Source: Eutreptiella sp. 'Long Island Sound 2002' (lineage: Eukaryota; Protista; Euglenida). From it: a DNA stretch of 64,000 nucleotides. The position numbers and the translations under genes are program-made. Below the pieces are notes generated by a model. It made no database searches. It was not told where the DNA came from and saw nothing but the letters and a program-made list of their open reading frames with translations. This document shows positions 53,628 through 63,635 of the stretch, piece after piece. Each line of letters starts with the position of its first letter. Within the stretch, counting starts at the first letter, position 1. The DNA lies in the NCBI GenBank assembly GCA_964036045.1, contig OZ038378.1:50344001-50408000 (forward strand), in the 5' to 3' direction.

Positions 53628-54635
53628 CTACGCCTTCTTGTAATTGCCCGCCAGCACCGCCAACAGCTGCTCCGCCTGTTGCTTTGCTTCAGCCGTCTTC
53701 GTGTTGCCCTCCACCAGCTGCTTCTTCATGCTCTCATTTTCCAGCTCCAACTCCCTGACCCGTTTCCGCGCGTTGTCCAACTGGGCCTCGGCGTTCGTCC
53801 GTCTCGTGCGCTCCGTGTCAAGTTGCTTGGTCGGCCGGCCAATCAGTGTCTCTGCCTTGCTCTGGGAGGCGTCAGACATCGCCTTTGCCAGTGCCGAAGG
53901 GACGCAATCTCTCAAGGTCACACTCATCTGTTGCGTCAAGGAGTCCTTGCACCACTGTACCACCTCGTCGGCCATAGCCCGAGCGTCAACCATTTGCTGG
54001 GACTGCTCGGACTGCTGGGACTGAGACTGCGATGACTGAGATGCCCGGGTTGTCTTGTCCTTGTCCTTGTCCTTGTCCCTGTCCTTGTCCTTGCGCTGGC
54101 CTTTGTCCTTGCCTTTCTGCTTTCGCTGGTCCTTGGCTTTGTCCTTGCCTTTGTCTTTGTCTTTGTCCTTCGGCTGCTCCTTGTCCTCGGCATCATCGTC
54201 GTCTCCTTCCACCTCAATCGCACCATCAACGTAACTCTCCTTGCGCTCGTTCACCCATGCAGCGCACACCTTCATGACGGACTCCGGGACCTCATCTCCT
54301 CCAACGCCTTGCAGCCCCCGCAGACCATACCACATGCTCCGCCCATCATGCTCATGGTACATCTGGTACGACCAAGATCGGTGCAGCCCTTTTCCAACGC
54401 CAAACATGAACTCAGCTCGCTTCTTGCCTTGCAGACCCTTTACTCGCACCGCAAAAAGGCACACCACCTTCATGCCGCTGGCTGTCGCCACATTGAGCTC
54501 CAGAACCTTGTACCACGGCGTTTGACCAAACTGGAACATGAGCTCTGCCATGGCCCCGGCTTTGCTGCTGCACTCGTTGGCCAAGTCACCTCCTCGCGGG
54601 CCTGCCACGCGACCTACACGCTGTCCACCACACAT
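53628..54635 (-). CDS. Element-A accessory protein: conserved N-terminal domain, KD-rich linker, C-terminal coiled coil
   Basis: 335-aa ORF. HDGRSMWYGLRGLQGVGGDEVPESVMKVCAAWV matches YTGREVWRKLHRGG...KAPQSVCDATATWV in B1. The heptad-like tail is LDNARKRVRELELENESMKKQL. Confidence 0.7.
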   Translation of the reverse strand: MCGGQRVGRVAGPRGGDLANECSSKAGAMAELMFQFGQTPWYKVLELNVATASGMKVVCLFAVRVKGLQGKKRAEFMFGVGKGLHRSWSYQMYHEHDGRSMWYGLRGLQGVGGDEVPESVMKVCAAWVNERKESYVDGAIEVEGDDDDAEDKEQPKDKDKDKGKDKAKDQRKQKGKDKGQRKDKDRDKDKDKDKTTRASQSSQSQSQQSEQSQQMVDARAMADEVVQWCKDSLTQQMSVTLRDCVPSALAKAMSDASQSKAETLIGRPTKQLDTERTRRTNAEAQLDNARKRVRELELENESMKKQLVEGNTKTAEAKQQAEQLLAVLAGNYKKA

Positions 54636-54997
54636 ACTACAGTGCCCCCTCGCGCCTGCGGCCCAGCCACCGACTCGTCCCGCTGTACCAGTTGCGGCCA
54701 GACATCCACTTTAGCCTGAAGAAAGACGAAATGGAGGTGAAACGGGTGATACGATACCTGCTGGAACCCCTGCTACAACCCTTGCTGGAACCCCTTTCTG
54801 CGCTGGAACCCCTAGCTAAAACCGTGCTGGAACGCCCGTTCGAGTGCTAGAACCCCTTCCAGCACCTTTCTGGCACCCTTCCAGCAGAACCTTCCAACGC
54901 TAGAACCCCTTCCAGCGACCCTTTCAGCGACCTTCCAGCACCCCCCCCCCTCCGAGGCCTGTTTTGCCCAAAGCCTTAGCCCCACCAGACTGCCGGC

Positions 54998-57085
54998 TCA
55001 TAATTGTTGGCAAGGGCATCCATACTCCTTCGGGCGCTCAGGGTTGGCCGGCAGAAGCCCCAATTGGACCCGGACAGACGCGTCAACGACGCTCGGGTGG
55101 GTGCAGGCAACATCCCATCGAAGTACTTGGGCGACCGGGGGGTCCGAGGTGTCCTCCACCACTGCCATCCCACCCACCTGGCCTTCACGCACCACGCTGC
55201 GTGGCGATGACGGGGAACTTGCTTGGGGTCGGGGCCTCCAACTCCTCCTCCTCGTGGACAAAGGTACCAAGGGGATAATTTTCGGGGGCGCAGGGTTGGG
55301 CGGACGCGTCGATCACCGGCCTGGTAGAAATCTTTGCCGCCAGCGGCCCTGGGCAATGGGTGGTGTACAGCACCGTCTGGTCCAAGGGCATCATCACCAG
55401 AGCCGCAAACCCGCATAGATCCTCCTCCACGATCTTCTGCTTCCCCAGGTCCTCATCGACTTCCTCTGCTCCCTCGGCCGACATCACCACGGCCTCCACA
55501 GCAGCTCGAGGGGCGGCCTCCACAGCAGGTCCAGGGGCGGCCTCCAAAGCAGGGTCTCCGGAATCCCGGTGACAGTCTTCACAGAGTTGCCCGACATGTA
55601 GAGCACAAAAGGGACGTTCGTCACAGGCGAAACGGTTCGCCGGCGGGTCGGCCTTCACCACGCGGTTGCACTGCGCTTCTTTACAGTGCACGACCTTCGG
55701 GGACGGTGGCGACGGTTGTTGCGCGGGGGCTTCAGCCCAGGGTGGCGGGATGATCGGCCCGGTGGTCTCGTAGTTGACGCGGCATGTGGCAATGGCGGCA
55801 AAGGCGATGATACCGGTTGATCCAGGCGGCACATCTCTCGGGACAGCCCCACCACGGTGAATGATGTACCTGCTCAGGATCTACAGCTCGCCCGCCAGCA
55901 TACTCATCGAGACCTCCTGCCACAGATAGGGAACACCAGAGCCAGAACCGTACAGGAACATGTTCTCGCGGCCGTCCATGGGGCAGTCCACATTCACGGG
56001 CATGAAGCAGGAGAAGGCGTGCTCCACCCAAAGGGTTTGCAACTCCAGCGGCAGATGCCGATGCCATAGTTGTGGCTGATCCAACGTTGCCCGGACATAC
56101 CCAACCTTCACTAAGAACAAACCCGGGTATTTCGTAGAGAGGGCTTGCAGATTGCTTTGCGGCCAAAGTACAACGTGAGGAAGCTGAAGACCTTCTTGAC
56201 CCCCATTACCCGTAGGAATCACCGCGTACACCGCAGCCCTGTCGCCTGGATCAGGTGGCCGGTTTGGGCTTGGCCATGCCAGGTTGAAGATGCCGCCCCA
56301 CCTCTGACCCACGTTGTCCGCCTCGATCTTCATGTTCGCCGGCATGTCACCATCCCTCGCCAGGAAATCGTCCTTGAACACGTGCACCGTCCGACCCAAC
56401 TCCGAGAGTTCCTCGTTCGCTTCCCGGAAGATGTCCACCTGCTACACCGTTTCGCTTGTCCCAATGAGCGGCAAGGCGTGGCACGTGGGGAGGGGCAAGA
56501 CCGCGTCCTCGCTCTCCATCAGCACCGGTGTAGTCAACCCCACGAGCTCCGGCTTCCAACGGTAGGGGGAGTGGCTGGTGAAGGAGTAGTTGGGCAGGGC
56601 CATGGCGGGCTTGCTGTCCACCACGTACCGGAGGGTGTTGAGGTGGGGGTGCTTGAAGGGGTACTTGTCCTTCCCGGCCTTCTTGGTGGTGGGCTTGTGG
56701 GCGGCGAAGAGGAGCGTGGTACCCTCCGTCCCCACATGACGCCGTTGCATATTGTTAACGGTGGGGTTCGCCCTCCTGGTGCAGGCTTGGATGACATCAT
56801 CCACGTCGTCGGCATGCAGCCAGACCTGCAGGATCGGCACAGCGGGGGTGTCCTCCAAGTAACCCTGCAGCCAGTCCCTAAGGGCTCAAGGTGGCTTGTC
56901 GGCGGCGGGGAGGGGGCGCGTGAGGCGGATGCGGGCAATGGTGGTGCCCGAGGGGATCGCCACCTTGGTGTCGGGGTGGGCGGTGAGGTTGGTGCAGCCC
57001 AAGCCATGGGGCCAGCATAGCCCCGAGTGCCCACGGCAGCCCAGGCAGCCTTGGCCCAGTCCACCGAGGGGGCCAACAAAGGCAT
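54998..57085 (-). pseudogene. Element-A multidomain 2OG-Fe(II) dioxygenase-like gene (DSBH domain, Cys/His finger, C-terminal domain)
   Basis: ORFs 56442-56858, 55881-56438 and 55185-55832 share one frame, split by single TAGs. Motifs: QLWHRHLP (HxD position, H in place of D), FSCFMPV, YIIHRGGA (distal His), GIIAFAAI, then CKEAQC...CDERPFCALHVGQLCEDC. Confidence 0.7.
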
Positions 57086-57090
57086 GTGGG

Positions 57091-57280
57091 CTGAAATGCA
57101 AGGGAACAAAGGTGAAACAAAGGTGCTGGAACCCCTGCTGGAACCCCTTGCTGGAACCCCTTTCTGCGCTGGAACCCTCTGCTGCAACCTTGCTGGAACC
57201 CCCTTTCTGCGCTGGAATCCCTGCTAGATCCCCTGCTGGAACCCCCCTTTCTGCGCTGGAACCCCTGCTGGAACCCACCT
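57091..57280 (-). promoter_or_regulatory. GGGTTCCAGC repeat array plus pyrimidine tract and AG acceptor upstream of the element-A dioxygenase; equivalent modules at 54716-54950 and 52809-53010
   Basis: On the sense strand: array, then TTCCCTTGCATTTCAG|CCCACATG. The others read GTCTTTCTTCAG| (54716) and CCCGTTTGTCACAG|AAACCATG (52809). Confidence 0.6.
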
Positions 57281-57473
57281 TTGTGCGCTTTTCATCATTT
57301 TTGGAAAATCAACATCTGTGTGGCCCTTCACAACCTAGGCGTGCTTTGGACTTAGGACACTACAGGAACTCCTACAGTGACTCTTAGGCATTGTAAACGC
57401 GTGCACATCGTGGTTCTAGTGGTACCCAAAAGGGGGGGAGGTTTCTGCGCACACCTTCTACCGACGCACCCCA

Positions 57474-58027
57474 CCCCTCCTTATTGGGGAGGCCGAGGAA
57501 GTGGGTGCGGCAGAGCCCATGGGGGCCTGGAATAGGGATCCAAATGATCTTGTGGTCACCACCGGGGACAAGTTGGTGGTGAACCGCTTGCTGGAGCATT
57601 ATTTTTTGAGTGATGTGCAGCTCGACAGTCTTTTGGGTGATCTTGAGAGGGTGCCTCTCTAAGAGAAGGCAGCCATTTTCAATGAGAACCCCCCCATTGT
57701 GGGCAGGCCACAAGATGAAGGGACCCGCCACACAATGTATGGCAACTATGGGGGGCGCAACCACCATAAGCACAAGCCCCACCAGCTGCACGATCTGCCG
57801 GTGCTCAAAAGGGTCGCAGAGCGTGTGGTTGAGACTGCGAAGAAGAGTGTGGTGGGGCGGGTTGGGTGGAGCAGCACCATTCTTGACATGGCACCAATTT
57901 GAGGCTATGACCACACCCTGCAGCACCACCATCGCGATGCCCCCCCCTACATTGTGCCTGAAGGCACATTGATTGTTAATTGCCTCGTTATGCTCACCCA
58001 TAATCATGAGGCCGATGATGGGTTGCA
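57474..58027 (+). pseudogene. B1 dioxygenase gene, part 2, containing the HxD motif
   Basis: AIFNENPP...GTRHTMY...LQHHHRDAPP...IVNCLVML, with two in-frame stops. It ends at the inversion breakpoint. Confidence 0.72.
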
Positions 58028-58209
58028 TTTTCTTTTTTTGCCCTCCAGCATTTCGGGGTTCCCAGCCTCTTCTCCCCCTCCAGCTCTGCACGGGCCGCCA
58101 CCGGCTTGGGGCCCCGTGCCCGTGCTGCTTCTGCTGCTCCTCCTCCTGCTGCTGCTGCTGCCTCCGCTGCCTCCTTGACGAAGAGAAGCGGGAGCTGCAG
58201 GATTGTGGC

Positions 58210-58410
58210 CTGGGAAGAACAAAAGAAACAAAAAAAACACGCAATAGCTACCGCGATAACTCGCGCGATAACCTAGTTAGAGCGCGACAACACATGCGAT
58301 AACCCCCGCGATAACCCCCGCGATAACTAATTCGAACGCGACAACCCAGCACGATAACTAGTTAGAGCACCCAGCTAGAGCGCGATAACTGCCGCAATAA
58401 CTAGTTAGAG
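58210..58410 (-). promoter_or_regulatory. GTTATCGCG repeat array plus pyrimidine tract and AG acceptor upstream of the B1 accessory gene; same array at 49915-49990, 39310-39420 and 26725-26880
   Basis: On the sense strand: array, then TTTTTGTTTCTTTTGTTCTTCCCAG| at 58210. The array always reads TTATCGCG on the sense strand of the gene that follows. Confidence 0.6.
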
Positions 58411-58442
58411 CAAAGGTTAGAGCAGTGTGTAGTGGGCACTTT

Positions 58443-59313
58443 TCACACCTGGTGACATGGGCACATGCCTTTGCCCGCCTCCTTCTTGGGGTCGTCGAGC
58501 ACCAAGTTCACCCTCCGCAGCCAGACGAAGTCCGTGAGGGCTGCATACTCCTGAACTTGCCTCTACTCCACAACCTGGGCCACCCCCTCGAGCTCAAGGG
58601 GGATCCTTGCCACTCCTCCATACATTCCCTTCCTCACCACCAAAATGGTGCCAGCCGGCACCTTAATCCCAACATGCCCTTGCAAGGTGGGCCACGGTAG
58701 TGCCTCCCCATGGCACACCTTGGCCAAGGGGCACTGATCGGGGTGGCCTGCGACCCCCACCTCCTCAGTCCTGAGGGGGGCAACCACCTCCCTCCCAACC
58801 CTCCACCAAGACAACAAAAAATGCCCGGTGTTTGTTCCCACCGGGAGCAATCATTGACCACATTGCTCAATGTTGACCCCATTGGGGTCCTCCACCAACT
58901 ACTCCTTCTCCCTCCCCTCCGGCTCCTCCCCCTCCTGGCATGGCACACGAAGACCATCTTTGTGTGCGGCACACAAACCCGCCCGCTCGCAGCCGTAGCA
59001 CTTGGCAACAACCTTCCCCCTACACCTAACCGCCCCCTCACATGGCGCTGTCTTGGGACCCCGAGCACCATGTGCCCCTAGCTGGGGCCGCTTAATGGCC
59101 TGGGTGACATGCAGGTTGGAGAACCGCAGGTTAGGGCCTTGGGTTAGCTCAATTGCAAAAAATGCCATGAGGCGAGGATGGGTCACACCAGTTGGCGAGG
59201 CCTTTGGAATGCCCAACACCCGGTGTACATCAAGGGCATTAAAAAAAAAGGCAGTGCCCCTCTTGAATGGCAAAGCCCTCTCGACCCAAGGGTTAGTGCC
59301 GGAGGGGGCAACC
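58443..59313 (-). pseudogene. B1 dioxygenase gene, part 3 (distal His, Arg, Cys/His finger, C-terminal domain), inverted
   Basis: WVERALPFKRGTAFFFNALDVHRVLG...HPRLMAFFAI, CYGCERAGLCAAH and VVRKGMYGG...CPCHQV all align with the element-A gene. Confidence 0.75.
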
Positions 59314-61900
59314 TGGCGGTGGGGGCAGCCGGCGCACGAGGCCTGCCAGATGGGGGGGACCGGATGGTACCGCCAGGTCACCATCACGGGGAAGGAGGGG
59401 GGGTGGAGAGGGAGACCAACTTCACCCTCCCCTCCTATCTGTGGGTTCGGGGTAGACGGCCAAATAGCCGAATCCTGCTGAGGGGGAAATGGTTGCGGCT
59501 TTGTTGTGTTTGTTTGGGATGAGTGCCCCCCCCCCCCCCAAAGGAAAAGTTTTTTTTGTTGAGGCTGTGCTTCATTGATGAAGCATCGGGGGAGTACACT
59601 GGGAGGGAAGTGTGGCGGAAGCTGCACAGGGGGGGGGGGGGGGGGGCATCCACCAGGTTGGGGGGTACAAGGCCCCCCAATCTGTGTGTGATGCAACTGC
59701 CACATGGGTCCAGTCGTATGCGCCTAAGGGGGGAAGTCCCACCAAGCATATGAAGCGGGGGCTGAGCTGGTGGTCGTTGAGCCGGATGCCCCCCCCACCC
59801 CTAAGGGTAAGGCTCCCACCCCCTCCCCCGAGCCGTCGTAGGTGGACAAGGTGGCGGCCTAACCCCCCCCCCCCCCCCAAGGCCCTTGATGTGGGGGCCT
59901 TGGCGGCTAGTGTGGCGACCCACGTGACGGACACTTGCAAGACTTTGGTCGACCAAGCGGCCGCCACGGGGGTGGAGGCCGCCCTGGCCAAGGGTCGGGC
60001 GGCCGACCAAAAGTCGGCCTTGTCGAAGGCCTAGAAGGTCAAGGGCAACACTCAGCGCGCCCTGCACCAGGCCCTCAACTTGGCCACGAAGAGGGGAGAG
60101 GAGCTGGGGACGGTGCGGGGGGGCCTGAAGGAGGCCGAGGAGGGGAGGCAGAAGGCCGAGGTGGACGAGGCCCAGCTGAGGGTGGAGGTGGAGGCGCTGC
60201 GGAGGACTGGGGATGACCTCCAACACGCCTGGGGGTGGCTGGGGCGCAGGTGCGCAGCCTCACCTCCACCCTCAGTGCCACCTTCACCGCCCATTAGGGG
60301 CCGGGTCTGGGGTGCGTCGCTAGAAGGTGTGCGCAAGACCCCTCTTTCTAGCGCCCTTTTTGCATGATTACCCAAGCCACACCACCTTGTGTGGTTGGCA
60401 AGTGGTTTGGGGCCATTCACCACATGTTTACGCCCCTTTTGGTGCCTGATTTTCAGTTTTGTCCGAAACGGTCGGTTTTGCCAGATTTTCTACACCCCCC
60501 CCCTTTTGCTGGAAGGGGGGTTCTAGAACCCTTTCTTCACCCTTTCTGCACCCTGTGTGCGCTGGAACCCCCGTTCTGCACCATTTCTGCGGGGGGGTTT
60601 CTGCGCCAAGGATTTTTGCAAGAAGGGCACCAAATCCATCCACCGGGTTCAAATTTGGTTTCTCAAGCGTACATGCAGTGCCTTTTTCTTCGGTCCTTTG
60701 TGGCCTCGCCAAAGGTAAAGCTTTGCCGTGCCGCTCGGTGTCGTAACCCCACGTCAAGGGCCTCCACGTTCACTACATGGGTGAGACCACGTCGTGAAAC
60801 GCGTGGGCGGCGAAGGCACCACCCACGCATGCTGCTTTTGAAAGCAAGTTTGAAAGGCGTATGCCTATGTTGTGCAGGTATACTGCTGAACACATAAAGG
60901 TTACGATACTTTTGGAGCACCGCTCCACAATAGGCCACTGTCTAGTGGACCCATGGGGTTGACTTCCAACCCAATCGGAGCCATGCCTCACCGATTTTAC
61001 GGCAGTAAGACTTGGCCTCTTGCACGTGACCATTGGTCAATGGTGTGTTTTGCCTCTACAAGGCATATAGGCTACGCATATTGCGCCACAACACTTCGAT
61101 AATAACATTTGGAAATTCGAAATAGCGTGTGGCCCTTCACAACCTAGGCTTGCTTTGGACTTAGGACACTTATGGGAACTCCTACAGTGACTCTTAGGCA
61201 TTGTAAACGCGTGCACATCGTGGTTCTAGTGGTACCCAAAAGGGGGGGGGGGGGTTCTGCGCACACCTTCTAGCGACGCACCCCATTCACCAGGAGTGCA
61301 ATGTCAGGGTAGCCAGAGCAGGAGTGGGAGTCAATGACTGGTGGATTTGCTCAAGGGGTTGCCTAAGGGCATTTTTCGTGGGGAGGAGCGATATGGGGCC
61401 CAAGTGGACATGTGCCACTTCAGCCTAGTGGGAAGCGGAAACCCCAGCCGCTCTGATTTTAGGGCGACCAACATGGCTGCTGCTACCCTGAGGCCTCCCC
61501 TCACCCCCTTGGTTGTGGGGCTGAATGAGTATTGCACTTGGAATGCTCCGCCATGGTTCACATGGTATCCAAGTTGTTTTGCCCCCAAGGGACGGACACC
61601 ATGGGCCTTCACGCCCATTTGCGTGCTGGGGCGCCCATGGCGCTGATTGTGTGTGTGGGGTCTTTCAGGGGGGGAGATTTTGGGTTGAGAGTGGTGGCCT
61701 GCCGAATCCCTCCCTGATGGACAAAAAGCGGCACACACCTGTGAGCAAGAGTAGGGAGGTGGGGGGTCGGGCATGCAAGGCCACGCCCGAAGCCCCGGTG
61801 TTGCTCAACACCCGGGCACTACACACTCCATTGCCATGGGAGGGTGAGCGACGGAGCGTGATTTTTCACAGTGCAGAGGGGTCGCTGCATTGCACGCCTA
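59314..61900 (+). pseudogene. B1 accessory gene remnant, with its N-terminus inverted at 58028-58209 and interrupted by A' at 60308-61285
   Basis: WRWGQPAHEACQMGG matches WRWMEPRSEACRMGT in B3. It has YTGREVWRKLH and a coiled coil (LKEAEEGRQKAEVDEAQLRVEVEALRR). DNA after 61285 matches B3 at 27000-27560. Confidence 0.65.
60308..61285 (-). mobile_element. Internally deleted family-A derivative (A'), 978 bp, both TIRs intact
   Basis: TGGGGTGCGTCGCTAGAAGGTGTGCGCA at both ends. 61128-61285 is nearly identical to 57320-57473. It retains only the transposase C-terminus. Confidence 0.9.
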
Positions 61901-61987
61901 TGTGGCGGTAACAGCTTGTGGGCCTAGGTTTTAGGGTCCTTGCTTCAAAACCCTCCCTCATTTCCCGCCCAGGACCTCTTATTCTTC

Positions 61988-63635
61988 ATGGATGTTGCTG
62001 ATAATGAGGCACTGAGGGCTCTGAATTCCGCTAACCTGCGGCGGTACACCGATTTGCAATGTCCCAAGGTCCCGCGCCGGCGGTTGAAGGCTGTTCCGAG
62101 GCTGGTTCGAATTCTATTGGGGGATCCCAACATTGTGTGTGGCACCAACACCAAAGGAGAAGGTTCTTTGAGTGGCGGGGCGTGCACAGCCATCTATGGC
62201 ACACTTGGTGGCCATCTTGCATTCAAAGCTCAAGAGCATGAGGCCCTGAGCATGCTACGCATGGCATGCAGCATGCATCTTTCCCGGCGTGCGTTTTTGC
62301 GAATGCGCCGCCGTTGTACCCAACGGGACCTAAGGACCATTCAACAACGGATAATGCCCTACTTTCCCCAAGCAACTATTGTAAGGTCTACCACAGGCCG
62401 CAATAGGGCAGCTGCCCATGTGCCTTTGCAGTTAATTGTGCATAATGCGATATATATGGCCCGAGTTGTTGGCAAACCCCCCCCTAGTGGCGTTGCCATT
62501 GTTGTCATTTCAGTTGATGTGACTTCCTTGTGGAAGGCATCCTCTACCCGTGGGGATGTATGGATCAATGTATGGGGGGGGGGGGGGGCAAAGTATGCTT
62601 CGGGGGTGAAGCTATGGGCCTCATGGTTTTGCATGGATGGCGGGGATGAAGAGGCTTTTTTGAGAAGCCTGGACATCTCCGCCAACCTCAACGAAGAAGT
62701 GAGGGATGTGGAGGAGGACCTTTTCCTCTTTCAAAACCAATTTTTGACTTGCATTGTTATTTTGACGGGGGATGGGAACGGGATGCAAGCAATGGGGGCG
62801 GGGGGTCTAAGTGTTGGTTGTGCAAAGACCCCAATGGTATTGTTGAGCAAATGGGGGTGGAGACCACCTCCGGAGGGGGGGCATTTTTGAGATGTGTGAC
62901 CCCCGATAGACGGCCGGGGGACTACCAACATGCGGCATGCCGCATTCTAAGAGGCATTGCAGGGCGCACTGAGACCACCCTTCAGGCCCTCCCCCCTGGT
63001 ACTTGCTAAGGGCCAAGCTCTTGCAGCTTTGCAGGCCTTCAAACAAGCCCTGCAGGAGCCATTCCTATGAGGGAACGTCTCCCCTCGGCCTCAAGGGCCC
63101 GGGGAAAAGGATTTCGATCTCACAAAGAGCAAAGTTTTCCAAACCTCCCTTCCAAAGACAATTTGTGGATCTCCTCAAAGATCATGACCCCACAGTGAGG
63201 AGCCCTTATGGACCTCTATTGTGGGTTGTTGTTCATGTCATGGTAAAATGCATTGAGGGTTGGTATGAGCTTTGGAGGATGAGGGAGATGCACACTCTAA
63301 TCCAAGTGGAACGCCACCGTGCGTTGACCACAAACTTTTCAAAAGCTTGGGGAGACTCGGGTTGGTCCCCCACCAAGTGGATCCATTGGTGCTTGGCACA
63401 TTCCACTTTTTTTGCCGAGAAATGGAGGACTATTTTTCACTTTTCCTCCATCCCAACGGACTATCGGCATGGGCCTTACAAGAGGAGGCTCAAAAATTGT
63501 TTTAAGGGTTGGTCCTTGGTGAGGCCAAATATTTCCCTCCGCCACATGCACCATTGCATGTCCATGAACGCCCTAGAGCAAGGGCTTTTGGGACTAGAGG
63601 CAGGCAAGGCCTCAGACATTGACGAGTTTGTGTGA
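61988..63635 (+). pseudogene. B1 RAG1/Transib-like DDE transposase, frameshifted at about 62795 and about 63000
   Basis: ISVDVTSLW, LTGDGNG, KCWLCK, GDYQHAACR, and PTKWIHWCLAHSTFFAEKWRTIFHFSSIPTDYRH. The last parallels RAG1 [28 protein letters not shown] in spacing. Confidence 0.78.

Larger units (their letters stand above)
50742..57473 (-). mobile_element. Family-A full-length three-gene DNA transposon (A), 6732 bp
   Basis: TIR T(G/C)GGGTGCGTCG(C/G)TAGAAGGTGTGCGCA at both ends. Three co-oriented minus-strand genes. Removing it restores the host B1 reading frame. Confidence 0.88.

Noticed and set aside
33590-57085. Stop-codon reassignment (many in-frame TAGs in otherwise continuous frames)
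   Set aside because: TAA and TGA stops and frameshifts interrupt the same genes. At least one TAG aligns with Trp in the paralog (TGG to TAG), which fits ordinary decay.
50736-57478. 6-bp TSD ACACCT/ACCCCT for element A
   Set aside because: It would place the T/A outside the element, need a frameshift in the host gene and shorten it relative to its paralog. The other three elements show no such repeat.
57384-58244. 286-aa minus-strand ORF
   Set aside because: It is mostly the antisense shadow of the plus-strand dioxygenase part 2 and crosses the inversion breakpoint.
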